NCBI GenBank assembly: GCA_965200245.1
Contig: CBDATS010000004.1
Coordinates: 320,001 to 384,000, forward strand
DNA length: 64,000 nucleotides
DNA from: a bacterium
GTDB lineage: Bacteria > UBA8248
Direction: 5' to 3'
The notes under the pieces are model-generated. The model was not told the origin of the DNA and made no database searches. It worked only from the letters and a program-made list of their open reading frames with translations. Both the position numbers and the translations under genes were made by a program. Positions 20,417 through 31,058 of this stretch are shown in pieces. Each line of letters opens with the position of its first letter. Position 1 is the first letter of the stretch.

Positions 20417-22375
20417 GTGCCAGAACCCAAACACCTGCTCAGAATGTCGAAAATCGACAAATCCTTCCCCGGCGTTCATGCCCTCAAGGAAGTAGATTTC
20501 GATCTCGCCGAAGGCGAAATCCACATCCTCCTGGGTGAAAACGGGGCCGGAAAATCCACACTCATCAAAATCTTGGCAGGAATGTATCAGACAGATTCCG
20601 GTCAAATCGAGATTCGCGAAGCACCCACCGTTATCCCCGATGCCAGAACAGGTCGAGACCTGGGAATAAGCGTGATCTATCAGGAACTGAACCTGGTACC
20701 CGATCTGAGCGTGGCAAAAAACATCTTTCTCGGGCGTGAACCTGTCTTGCCCGGCATCATGAAGCGTGTAGATTGGGCCAAAGTCGAGCAAGAATCCCGT
20801 GCGATCATGGAACGTTTGGGCGTAAAAATCGACGTCACCGCGCCGGTCCGATCACTAAGCGTCGCGGATCAGCAAATGGTGGAGATCGCTCGCGCTCTTG
20901 CGTTCGACTGCAATATCCTGGTCATGGATGAACCCACGTCCTCCTTGAGTGGGCATGAAATCGAGGAACTCTTCAAGGCGGTCAATCGGTTGCGTGAACA
21001 TGGTGTCGGCATAATCTATATCTCCCACCGACTTGAAGAAGTTCACAAAATTGGAAACCGCGTCACCGTCCTGCGCGACGGGCAATATATGGGCACATGG
21101 GAAGTCAAAGAGGTGGAACTCGATTTCCTGATTACGCAGATGGTGGGACGCACACTTGACGATAAATTCCCGTGGACGCCCCGCGAGCGGGGTGAAGTGG
21201 CACTGCGCGTGCGTGGTCTCACCCGAAACGGCATATTCGAAGATATCAACTTTGACCTTCACTATGGTGAAATCGTCGGTCTTTCGGGTCTCGTAGGCGC
21301 GGGAAGAACCGAGGTGGCACGCGCCGTTATGGGCGCGGACACTGTCGATAGCGGCACTGTTGAAATGACCAGAGCGACAAAAGAAAAACAGGAGATACAG
21401 AAACTCCCCCACTACCCGCTCTGGTTGGCGCTCGTGGACGTTTTCGTTTTCATGCTGGCCTTGCCCCTGTTCACCGTTATATTCCAGGTAATTTACGATC
21501 CTTTCACGCTCAACATGAATTCACCACCACCCCTGTTCAGTGGAAACTGGTTTTACGAATGGATTCTTGGCGGACCTTTGTACAACATACCGAATGGTCC
21601 CACACCCTATATTGTCGCCACCGGTCTGGCCGTCGTCCGGCAGGCCGGAATCTGGTTTCTCGAGCGGCAATACAGCTGGCGCACTCTGGCTATCGACTTT
21701 GCGAGTTGGTACGCCCTGGCGGTATGCACGATGGTCATTACAAGTTTGTTCACCCAGAATTTCGTTCTTGAATGGATCATGATCTGGGGCGGCGTCGCTA
21801 TGCTCATTATCCGGTTCTTGACGATCCTCACTCATGAACGCAAGTGGAATCCGACACTGGCCATACGACGAGGGCTCGGACTGTTGCCCGAGGACAGGAA
21901 GACCCAGGGTCTCACCCAGGTCCTTTCCGTTGCATTCAACACTACCAGCGCGAATCTCCGCCGCCTCATCAAGCGGTGGCTGCTGAATCTGAGCGTCGAA
22001 AAAAACCTCGTGGATGAACACATCCATCAACTGAAGATCATGACACCTGATCAGGAGACACAAGTCCGCTTCCTGTCAGGCGGTAACCAGCAGAAGGTCG
22101 TTCTGGCCAAATGGCTCTTCAGACGTGCCAACGTGCTCATCTTTGATGAACCGACCCGTGGAATCGACGTAGGCGCCAAATTCGAAGTCCACTCACAGAT
22201 GTTGCAATTGGCCAAAGATGGTGCCGCGGTAATGATGATTTCCAGTGAACTCCCTGAAATTCTTGGAATGAGCGATCGAATTCTGGTGATGCGTGAAGGT
22301 CGGCTCACCGCAGATATCGACAGAAGCGAAGCAACGCAGGAAGGAATCTTGCGCTACGCCATGACGGCGGAATGA
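20417..22375 (+). CDS. sugar ABC ATPase (RbsA/MglA, tandem NBD) with internal hydrophobic insertion
   Basis: GENGAGKST, MDEPT, ISH; GLVGAGRTE, PEDRK, LSGGNQQK, DEPTRGIDVGAK; 652 aa. Confidence 0.93.
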   Translation: MPEPKHLLRMSKIDKSFPGVHALKEVDFDLAEGEIHILLGENGAGKSTLIKILAGMYQTDSGQIEIREAPTVIPDARTGRDLGISVIYQELNLVPDLSVAKNIFLGREPVLPGIMKRVDWAKVEQESRAIMERLGVKIDVTAPVRSLSVADQQMVEIARALAFDCNILVMDEPTSSLSGHEIEELFKAVNRLREHGVGIIYISHRLEEVHKIGNRVTVLRDGQYMGTWEVKEVELDFLITQMVGRTLDDKFPWTPRERGEVALRVRGLTRNGIFEDINFDLHYGEIVGLSGLVGAGRTEVARAVMGADTVDSGTVEMTRATKEKQEIQKLPHYPLWLALVDVFVFMLALPLFTVIFQVIYDPFTLNMNSPPPLFSGNWFYEWILGGPLYNIPNGPTPYIVATGLAVVRQAGIWFLERQYSWRTLAIDFASWYALAVCTMVITSLFTQNFVLEWIMIWGGVAMLIIRFLTILTHERKWNPTLAIRRGLGLLPEDRKTQGLTQVLSVAFNTTSANLRRLIKRWLLNLSVEKNLVDEHIHQLKIMTPDQETQVRFLSGGNQQKVVLAKWLFRRANVLIFDEPTRGIDVGAKFEVHSQMLQLAKDGAAVMMISSELPEILGMSDRILVMREGRLTADIDRSEATQEGILRYAMTAE

Positions 22376-22398
22376 GCTGCTTTTGGAGGTAGATTCAA

Positions 22399-23411
22399 TG
22401 AGCGCAGCAGCCTCTATGGAAAACGAGAAGTTCATCTTCGGATATCCGGTCAAGGATATTCCATGGGAGCGGATACTCCTGATATCCGCTTTCCTGGTCT
22501 TGATGATCTTCTACACCTTTGCGACCGAGAACTTCCTGACCCTCGAAAACTTCGTGAATGTCGTGCGGCGCGACGCATGGCTCTTTTTTTTGGCCTATGC
22601 GCAGACACTGGTCATCGTTTCGGCAGGATTCGACCTTTCACAAGGCTCCATCATGAGCGTGGTAAGCGTGATGGCCTGGAGCGCGATGTTGCATTTCGGG
22701 TTTTTCGTCGGCCTCATCGCAGGCCTCGGTATCGGTCTGCTGTGTGGCACCATCAATGGTTTTTTCGTCGGCGTAGTCAGGGTGCAACCTTTCATCGCGA
22801 CATTGGGGATGCTCTTTATCGGCAGCGGCACGGCCCAGCTTTGGACCGGCGGCCTTCAAATGGGAGGCGCGCGCGAAGGCGCAACACTTCCGAAACACGT
22901 GGAAGAGGCGTATGTCTTTCTCGCGAAAGGAAATCTCGGTCCCATCCCCTTCACATTCATCTGGATAATCATCGCGCTGGCTACGATGTGGTATCTGCTC
23001 AAATACACCCGATTTGGCACGTACGTGTACGCCCTGGGCGGAAACGAGCAAACGGCGATTTCCGCGGGCATCAACTATGCCGGCATGAAAATCGCCATTT
23101 TCGGCATAGGTGGCCTTTTGTGCGGTTTCGCAGGGCTTCTTCTTTCAGCGAACGTCAGCGCAGCGGGAGAACCAAGGCTGGGCGGCGGCGATCAATTGCT
23201 CCAGTCGATCGGAGCAACCATAATCGGCGGCACGCATATTTTCGGCGGGCGAGGCGGCGTACTGGGTACGACGCTGGGTGTCTTCCTGATCATTTTCCTG
23301 GTGAATGGACTAAACATCATGGGAATCGACACCTACCGGCAACAAATCATCGTCGGTTTGGTGATTCTCGCCTCCATCTGGGTCAGCACCCTGCGTGAAC
23401 ACAAAAACTAG
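22399..23411 (+). CDS. sugar ABC permease (RbsC-like)
   Basis: GFDLSQGS, PFIATLG, YALGGNE and IGGT..GGRG. Confidence 0.9.
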
Positions 23412-23426
23412 GGGAGATTCAATATA

Positions 23427-24422
23427 ATGGCGAAAGCAGCGGAGGCTCCGGCCAGACCTCCTGCCTCCATCTTGGCCAGTTTCGATTACGACAAATATGG
23501 TTTGCTCGTCGTATTCATCCTCATGATGATCATATTTTACATTCTTCAGTTGATGGGCTACGTGAACAACTTCATTGAAGCCCATAACCTGACCAACCAA
23601 CTCAGAAACGCTTCCTTGCTGTTCTTTATCGTGGCCGGCCAAAGCATGGTACTCCTGGTATCGGGTATCGATTTGAGCCAGGGTTCTCTGCTAAGCCTAT
23701 CGAGCGTCGTGATGGCGCAGGGCATTCTGGACTTCGGTCTCGCCGTGGGCGTGCTGATGGGTATCGGGATGGCAACGATGTTCGGTTTCATCAACGGCTA
23801 CCTCGTAGGCCGCGTGAAGATACAGCCTTTCATCGTCACCTTGAGCATGCTCTTCATCTGCGCCGGTATTGCCCTTGTGTTCACGGGCGGACGCACGATC
23901 CATCAGTTCACGGGCGAGCAAAAAGACATCCTTCAGGCCATCGGCCTCACGGATTTCTTTCATATCCCCGGCACGCTGTTCATTGCGATTGCCTTTTTCA
24001 TCATTCTCTACCTGCTGACGAAACGTACGGTGCTGGGAAGGGCGATCTACTTGACCGGCGGGAACGAAGAGGCCGCCCGCCTCTCCGGCATCGACACCGG
24101 CAAGGTAAAACTCATTTGTTACTTGATCAGCGGCATCTGCGTGGGCATCACCTCCTTCCTCTATTTGGCAAGGCTTCCGGCCACGAACGGCCTCGCAGGA
24201 TTCCAGCTCGAATTCCAGTCCCTGGCGGCCACCGTCGTGGGGGGCACGACCTTCCACGGTGGTGAGGGCGGCGTGGTGCAGGCCGCTATCGGGACGTTGT
24301 TCCTGACATTTTTGCTCAATGGTCTTATTCTCCTGGGCGTAGGTACATTCGCTCGGGAGGTGGTGGTTGGCGTTTTGCTTATTACGGCCGTGGTATTGAG
24401 TTCCCGCAAGCGGCGCGAATAG
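23427..24422 (+). CDS. sugar ABC permease (RbsC-like)
   Basis: GIDLSQGS, GGNEEAARLSGI and VVGGT..GGEG. Confidence 0.9.
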   Translation: MAKAAEAPARPPASILASFDYDKYGLLVVFILMMIIFYILQLMGYVNNFIEAHNLTNQLRNASLLFFIVAGQSMVLLVSGIDLSQGSLLSLSSVVMAQGILDFGLAVGVLMGIGMATMFGFINGYLVGRVKIQPFIVTLSMLFICAGIALVFTGGRTIHQFTGEQKDILQAIGLTDFFHIPGTLFIAIAFFIILYLLTKRTVLGRAIYLTGGNEEAARLSGIDTGKVKLICYLISGICVGITSFLYLARLPATNGLAGFQLEFQSLAATVVGGTTFHGGEGGVVQAAIGTLFLTFLLNGLILLGVGTFAREVVVGVLLITAVVLSSRKRRE

Positions 24423-24511
24423 GAAAAATGTTCATTTGGCAGTCATTCTATCCCTTTCGCGGAGGAGACGGATTCTTCCGTGAAACCCATTCTGCGACGA
24501 GGAGACCCAAG

Positions 24512-25570
24512 ATGAAAAAACTGTTGCGCACTTTCATGATCCTCGCTTCCGTCGTCACGTTCATGTTCGTGTCGATGGCGGCGGCCCCGGACGCCGACGC
24601 CCGGGTGAAGGCAAAGAAGAAATACAAGATCGCCGTCGTCGTGCCGAACGGTGTCGACCCTTATTTCTTCTCGAAATGGTATGGAAGCGTCCAGGCTGCC
24701 AAGGAAGCCGGCGTGACCGTGACCATGTTCGACGCGGGTGGATACGAGTTCCTGCCCAAGCAGGTGGCCCACGTGGAAGACATCATCGCTGCGAAATACG
24801 ACGGAATGATCATCTGCCCAATCAGCACCAAGGGCATGGTCAACGCCGTCCACAAGGCGATGGACAAGGGCATCAAGATCGTTGTGGATAACATCGACCT
24901 CGACAGTAACCGCGTCAAAAACCGCGTCATGAAAAACAGCTATGAATTGGGTCTTCTCATTGGCGCTACCCTGGCGCACGGCATCAATTATCAAGGCAAG
25001 GTCATGATGTTGCCCGGACCAAGCGGCATCGAGATGGTAACCTCCATGGCCAAAGGCTTTGAGGAGTACATGAGCCACTACCCGAAAATCAAGATTGTGG
25101 CCAAGGAATTCACCAAGTCCAACGTTCAGCATGCATTCCAGACGGCTGAGGACCTGCTCAAGAAACACCCGGATGTAAAAGGCATATATCCCTGGGCGAC
25201 GCTCATCGCGAGAGGTACGGTGGACGCCGTAAAAGCCGCTGGTTACAAGCCCGGCCAGATCAAGATCGTGACGCACAATCTCGTCGTCGGCATCGAGAAA
25301 GACATTCGGGACGGCTGGGTTCATGCGGCTGTCCTGGCTGAGCAGATCGCCATGGCGAGAGAAGCCGTTTTCAACGTGATCGACCTGATCGAAGGACGCC
25401 AGCCTCCCGGCGCGCCACATCGCGGCGGCACGCTCAGTTACATCCAGAATTACATGGCTTACCAGCACAACCTCGACATTCTGGATCGAAGCGGCATCGA
25501 GGCTCCGAAAGAGTGGATGATCAAGCGCCAAAAGCGTGCGGCAAACATTGTGGGCGGAAAACGCCGTTAA
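24512..25570 (+). CDS. sugar ABC substrate-binding protein (RbsB-like)
   Basis: GAGGAG RBS; signal peptide; type I periplasmic-binding-protein pattern (DPYFF, LLKKHPDVKGI). Confidence 0.88.
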   Translation: MKKLLRTFMILASVVTFMFVSMAAAPDADARVKAKKKYKIAVVVPNGVDPYFFSKWYGSVQAAKEAGVTVTMFDAGGYEFLPKQVAHVEDIIAAKYDGMIICPISTKGMVNAVHKAMDKGIKIVVDNIDLDSNRVKNRVMKNSYELGLLIGATLAHGINYQGKVMMLPGPSGIEMVTSMAKGFEEYMSHYPKIKIVAKEFTKSNVQHAFQTAEDLLKKHPDVKGIYPWATLIARGTVDAVKAAGYKPGQIKIVTHNLVVGIEKDIRDGWVHAAVLAEQIAMAREAVFNVIDLIEGRQPPGAPHRGGTLSYIQNYMAYQHNLDILDRSGIEAPKEWMIKRQKRAANIVGGKRR

Positions 25571-25591
25571 GAATCATCCCTGTGGAAAAAC

Positions 25592-25622
25592 AAAAAGCCC
25601 CGCCGATTGGCGGGGCTTTTTC
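25592..25622 (+). terminator. bidirectional intrinsic terminator
   Basis: AAAAAGCCCCGCC-GATT-GGCGGGGCTTTTT between convergent genes. Confidence 0.88.
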
Positions 25623-25641
25623 ACAAGTCGTCTTGCCTGAC

Positions 25642-26735
25642 CTACAACCCGTTCACGTATAAACTGAGTCCCATCCGCCCGGTCGACCCGCCGGGTTTGG
25701 GGTCGGAAATCCCGTCCGTCTGTACCTGTCCCATACCATCTACGGCCCGTACTGTCGCCGGATAAAATCCGTCTTCATCAAAACGCATGGGAAAGGCCCA
25801 AATAGTCCATGAGAGAGGCCCCAAGGGCTTTTTGAGAAAAGCCGGCGACCAGGACCGCAAACGCTCGCCTTGTCCGTAGGTAACTTCCACCTTGCGAATT
25901 CCCCGCGCTCCCGCAAATGCCGAACCCACAAGCCAGACTTTCGCTGTCCGTACATTGACGCGTCTTCTGGGAGCTTCGAAACGACTAAGCGTCTCGACAA
26001 TCGCCTCATCCGACCAACCGCGTCTTTGCCAATAGCCGCCATGCCCCCCGGTCGATATTTCGATGGATTCGATCCATTTTACGTTCTTCAGACCATACGT
26101 TCCCGGCACGAGGAGCCTCAAGGGGCGCCATGATCCCGTGGAAGATGATTCCCGTTCATTCTGGTGCACAGAAGCGTTCTCGGATACAGGGCCTGCTCCA
26201 TGGATATGGAGTCATGATACCCGTCCGCCGCACGAAAAATGACCCTGGCGGATACGGACCGGCGAACGCTCTCCGCTATGCCCGCCTGTTCGATAAGGTT
26301 TTTGAGCGGTATCCCCTGCCATAACGCGTTTCCTATCTGTCCCCCGCCCACGGGATTTCCGATACAGGTCATGGTCGCCCAGGTTTTCTCTTGTCTGAAC
26401 ACGCCCAATTCCGAAAAGGTAGCGGAAAAAGGCTGTTTTATCTCACCCTTGATGTTCAACCGCCATTTCCTGCGGGAGAGTCCTGGCGATGAATGGCCGA
26501 TGCTTTGCACGTAGAACGCATCGTTCGCCGTGACTTCGGGAACGACGCGCGCGGCGAACGCGAGAATATCCTCACCGGCTCTGGGCATCTCGACGGGGCG
26601 GCTGTTCAACCAGTCGAACAGGCGGCCCGTCATAGAGGCCTGCGCGTCGGGCGGAATCCCGAGCACGGCCAGGGGAGCAACTCTCCCCGCCACCCGCAAC
26701 ACATGGCGTCTGGATACGTTCATGATGATCCTCAC
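25642..26735 (-). pseudogene. Tat-exported sulfite-oxidase-family molybdoenzyme, frameshifted near 26120-26127
   Basis: SRRHVL Tat-like motif, TMTCIGN and MNG..LPRDHGAP, continued in another frame by LRLLVPGTYGLKNVKW; one C missing in a C run. Confidence 0.82.
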
Positions 26736-27289
26736 GCTGAAAACCGACCTGAATTCTACGAGAAAATTACCGGTTCACGAAATTTCCGCACACTGCCCCC
26801 GCACCTTCCCACAAATCCGCGCACTCTCCGTCAACACCTGTGGTGCGGCTCATGGCAGAATCCCCTCCGCCGTGACTCCCCTACATCTTATCCCAGGAAC
26901 TTCATTGCCAGAAATGTACCTGTCCCTTGACTATGGACTTTCATCTATCTTGCGGATTCTTCTCCGAGGTTCAGCTACGCCCAGAGTATTTTACTTCTGC
27001 AGTGCAAGCTTTGTCGCACTTCAATATGCTCGGAAGATAATGGGCATTGGCGGCATATATAAGCAAGCATACCGGTGGATGATTCGGGAACTGTCTGGCC
27101 AGCCTCTTTATCAGTGACTTGCACATCGAATGTTGAAGAGTTGCGGAAAACAAGAAAATAGCTGCAAGCAGAATCTCTGAACCAGCCCATAAAGAATGTA
27201 CACGCACTGCTCCGTTTATTACGACAGGCGCTCGGCAGCATGCGTATCGTTGATTCGGCAAAGACGATACTACTCATCGCCAGTTGTTC

Positions 27290-27441
27290 CGATCACTCCC
27301 GGATGAAGGCAAGCGTCGCCATCGGGAAGACCGCTTGGTCGCGGTCGAAGCCCTCGCGGGGAATCTGCGCATGGCCGTTTTCCCGCAGGTGGGTTTCGAT
27401 AACCGTATCGAAGGCCTATTCGCCGGTCGGCTTCCTGTCAC
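27290..27441 (-). pseudogene. hsdR: type I R-M HsdR N-terminal remnant
   Basis: E*AFDTVIETHLRENGHAQIPREGFDRDQAVFPMATLAFIRE* resembles the HsdR N-terminus (ExxFExxIExxL...FDRxxAxF...FI). Confidence 0.6.
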
Positions 27442-27791
27442 TGCCGCACTCGAATACGCGAATCCTCGACGATCCAGAGTTGCCCGGTGAGCGTCGCGTC
27501 GGGCAACACATAAAGCAGTCGTGCTCCGATTTTCAAGATATGGTCGCGGGACTGAGTGCCCGGCCGAAACACGACAAGTCCGGGATAAGTGTCGGGCGGA
27601 TATGTCCAGATGTCCGCGAAGTCCGTGTCGAGCGTCACGATGGTTCGGCCCTCGTGACTGCAGACAGATGCCAAGATCGAGCCCTGCGCTCCCCTGAGAT
27701 ACTGGTCGAGTACGGTCACCGCATCGTGCCCGGCCGCACAAAGCATGACCGCCAGATCGACGGGGAGATTCTCGTCCAACTTGAACCGCAC
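27438..27791 (-). CDS. DUF5615 PIN-like toxin
   Basis: VRFKLDENLP, GHDAVTV, IVTLDTDF and ...RIRVR. Confidence 0.82.
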   Translation of the reverse strand: MRFKLDENLPVDLAVMLCAAGHDAVTVLDQYLRGAQGSILASVCSHEGRTIVTLDTDFADIWTYPPDTYPGLVVFRPGTQSRDHILKIGARLLYVLPDATLTGQLWIVEDSRIRVRQ

Positions 27792-27801
27792 GCCGATTAT
27801 C

Positions 27802-28029
27802 CTATTGCCGGAGCACGACAACCCGTTCGTTTGCCAGCACTGCGGCATAACAAAGTGCTGCACGCACCGCTTCGCGGGAAACGGACGGATAGCTCTTTAT
27901 GATTTCATCCGCATCCAACCCGGCCGCCAGATTGTCCAGCACTGTCGTCACAAGAACGCGCGTGCCCGAGATGCACGCCTTGCCGTGACAGATTTCAGGG
28001 TCCACGGTGATGTGGTCGCGCCAGTCCAT
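27802..28029 (-). CDS. DUF433 antitoxin
   Basis: ITVDPEICHGKACISGTRV...YP; GAGGAG RBS. Confidence 0.88.
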   Translation of the reverse strand: MDWRDHITVDPEICHGKACISGTRVLVTTVLDNLAAGLDADEIIKSYPSVSREAVRAALCYAAVLANERVVVLRQ

Positions 28030-28315
28030 CATTTACTCTCCTCTTCGCAGTACAATCACATCTATGGAGCGTCCCATGTCAGGGATTTTGCTCACAGCAC
28101 ATGGCTGTGGTGAGCCGTAAACCGGACTGTGACCACATAGTTCTCCGTGCGGCCCACGAGCGATCTCAACCGCCACGGCGATTCCGAAAATCGTGATTGC
28201 TGCTTAAGTGAACTTGTCGCACGTACCGGGGACAGCCCGTCCGCGGCTAGCTCCCGTCTCCAAGTGCGAAGCAACAAAACCATTGTCGTCCCGTTCGGAG
28301 ACAAAGATCACCTAC

Positions 28316-28610
28316 ATGTCCTTGATAGAGAAATTTGATTCCGAAGACAATTGCCGCGAATACCTTGAAGCCATACGCTGGCCAATAGGCGCATGCTGCA
28401 CCCGTTGCGGTAATATGGATATTGTCAAAATCTCCAAGCGCAATTTCTGGAGATGCCGGGGATGAGACTATCATTTCAGCATTACGAACGGGACGATCAT
28501 GCACGATCCGATCCCCCCTCCGTAAATGGTTTCTGGCGATATACCTCATGTGTGAATCCAGGAAGAGCATATCAGCCAACCAGATGAAGCGAACCCTGGG
28601 CGCAGCACGC
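28316..28610 (+). mobile_element. IS1595-family transposase remnant
   Basis: FDSEDNCREYLEAIRWP..C..CG zinc ribbon; PLRKWFLAIYLM..SRKSISANQ..R.LG; stop codon and frameshift. Confidence 0.85.
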
Positions 28611-28996
28611 GATTCTCTGAAGAGAATGAAACAGTCGACCAGATAGCAAAAAGTGAATCAGGACGTAGCGCAAGCCACTGATAGAGAGTTTTTCCCATTC
28701 TGGATAAGGGTAAAGGCAACACTGAAACGAGGAATCAATAAGTGCGAATAAATACCTTGGCATTTTCTCTTAAGCTGACCTGTGCTCGTCCAGTTATATG
28801 GCTCGACACAAGCCTCAAGGCTCGGCTCAAGCTATCCTTGTGATACACCACCCAGGAATCGTTTCACCAGAACATCTATTTGCTTTTGAGTGTAAACCTG
28901 ATGAGTATCCAAATCAGCTTGTAGTTCGGAGTGTTTGTTAGGGGCGAACCAGTCCTGCAGAAATCGGCGAGTAAAGCCCGGGGAGCAAGTGGACCG

Positions 28997-29337
28997 TCAC
29001 TTGTCCTCTGGTGGGAGCAGCGTTTCCAAAAGAGAAATCAAGCGTGGAATATCCTGCCTAACGGTCTCCCAGACACGTTCAAGGTTAACGTTAAAATACT
29101 CATGCACAAGACGATTCCGCATGCCGATGATCCGTGACCAGTGGATATCAGGGTGTGCCTCCTTGCTCTCGACACTCACACGGGATGCGGCTTCACGATG
29201 ATTTCCACTGTTTTCAGAATTGCGAACTGCACCATGCGGTTTTGCTCAAGTTCTGGCAAAGTCAAATCAGCGGCGAATTCTTTCGCCTCGTGGGCTGCCA
29301 GCAACATATCGAGCAGATAGGCCCTGTCATGCCGCAT
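28997..29337 (-). pseudogene. HepT-like (DUF86) toxin, frameshifted at ~29197
   Basis: YLLDML...VEII(G)EAASRV...W..IIGMRNRLVHEYF; one G missing in ATC-GGT. Confidence 0.85.
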
Positions 29338-29638
29338 AAATCGTCTCGGCGGATTGAAGGATGGCCTTGCGGCGTATGTAGTTCGGGCTCCGTTCAATAC
29401 CCGCTCGTTCCACCAAATCCACCTTGCGCCCGAGCATTGCACTGAACTCGTCCTCCATATGAGCGAGGTCGAGAAGGGTGTGTCGTGCCCGCGGGTCGAA
29501 ACGTACCAACACATCGACATCGCTTTCGGGACCGAAGTCTTCCCGCAACACGGAACCGAATACCGCCAGTTCCAGTACCTGCCATCGTTTGCAGAAGGTG
29601 GCTATCCTGTCTGCAGGCAATGCAATCTGCGTGCTCAT
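29327..29638 (-). CDS. minimal nucleotidyltransferase (MntA-like antitoxin)
   Basis: FGSVLREDF..ESDVDVLV and LGRKVDLV. Confidence 0.9.
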   Translation of the reverse strand: MSTQIALPADRIATFCKRWQVLELAVFGSVLREDFGPESDVDVLVRFDPRARHTLLDLAHMEDEFSAMLGRKVDLVERAGIERSPNYIRRKAILQSAETIYAA

Positions 29639-29819
29639 GCGATGGCCTCCCCGAAAGCAATTTGCTTCTGCGCTTTCCCCGACAGTCATCTGATGATTAG
29701 GCTGAAACGTATGTGAATACCAATGTGCGGCTACCGTTGTGTCCAGAGTGGAATGTATCTCCGAAACTCGCCCGTTGCAAACGTCACAAATCGGTCGTGA
29801 ATGCGCGAGTCATTCATCT

Positions 29820-29974
29820 CGATAGCAGAAGAATATGAAAGATATCTTGAACAATCACGCCTCTTAAAAAATTCAAGGGAATCCCCTTTTTTCGAGTTCC
29901 TGTTCTGCGTCGGACATCCAAGGGGAGCCGGGCCCGCCAAGGACATTTCAAGACACATCTTGGACCACCTGTAA
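29820..29974 (+). pseudogene. C-terminal remnant of three-Cys-motif partner protein (TcmP-like)
   Basis: LKNSRESPFFEFLFCVGHPRGAGPAKDISRHILDHL*, ending 2 nt before a DUF5131 gene, its usual partner. Confidence 0.6.
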
Positions 29975-29976
29975 TC

Positions 29977-30691
29977 ATGGCCGCAGGCTCCCCCATCGAA
30001 TGGACCGAGGCGACGTGGAACCCTGTCACTGGGTGCACAAAGATCAGCCATGGGTGCAAGCATTGCTATGCCGAGCGCATGTCACGCAAGCTGCAGCGTA
30101 TAGGCGTCGGCAAGTATGCGGACGGGTTCTCAGTCGCCGTGCACGAGTATGTCCTTGAGGATCCGATCCGGTGGCGGCAGCCGCGGCTGGTGTTCGTGAA
30201 CTTGATGTCCGACCTGTTCCACAAGTCGGTACCGACAGCCTTTTATCGAGGCGGTTTTCGAGGTCATGAACGCGCCTCCCGGCACACTTTCCAAGTGCTG
30301 ACCAAGCGCCCGGGCCGCGTCGTCCGGCTGGACCGACGGCTGCGCTGGTCGCCCAACATCTGGATCGGAACGAGTATCGAGTCCGAACAGTGGTTGGGGC
30401 GGATCGACGCACTCAAGGAAACCGGCGCTGCAACCAAATTCCTGTCGCTCGAACCCCTGCTCGGGCCGCTGCCGGACCTGCCACTCGACAGCATCGACTG
30501 GGTGATCGCCGGCGGCGAGTCGGAGCCGGGCGCACGGTCCATGGAGGCCGCGTGGCATCCGCGACAACTGCGTGAGGAACGAGGTCCCGTTCTTCTTCAA
30601 ACAGTAGGGCGGCGTGTTCAAGAAACGGACTGGCTGGACGCTCGACGGCAAGACCTAGAACCAGATACCGACGACAACAAAGGAACTGTAA
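29977..30691 (+). pseudogene. DUF5131 / phage Gp37-Gp68 family protein, degraded
   Basis: IEWTEATWNPVTGCTKIS.GCKHCYA, SDLFH, LSLEPLLG, DWVIAGGES; FFFKQ*GG and GKT*NQ lie in a shifted frame; several indels. Confidence 0.88.
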
Positions 30692-30789
30692 CCGACTCCA
30701 CCCGGACAGTTATGGGTCGCGGCCTTGGTACTGACATCGCTCCCGGATGCCGCACTGGTTGAGCGGTTCGTGGACACAGGTCCGTCGGA

Positions 30790-30935
30790 TATCGGGTACC
30801 ACGTACTAGAAGGGCAAGCCTTGTTTGCCGATGACACTCCCGTCAGGTTGTTTGCGCTAGGCATCGGCAAGACAACGACGGGCTGGGTCTGGACCTATGT
30901 GAGGGACGAACGACTCTGGGGCGACGATGGTGCGC
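30790..30935 (+). mobile_element. IS66 transposase internal fragment
   Basis: LFADDTPV....G.GKT.TGWVWTYVRDERLWG. Confidence 0.8.
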
Positions 30936-31058
30936 CGCATCAAGACCTGCTACCCAGCGCACACTTGTAGCACAGTTGGCTCGACTGGCCGTCGTCATCA
31001 GTGGCAGAATCTTGGGTCGTGTTCACAAATGTGTTATCATCAGCAATGAGATCAGTCT

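Noticed and set aside
26118-26120. TGA in the molybdoenzyme gene as selenocysteine
   Set aside because: Homology continues in a different frame and the position is not a Cys site; it is a frameshift.
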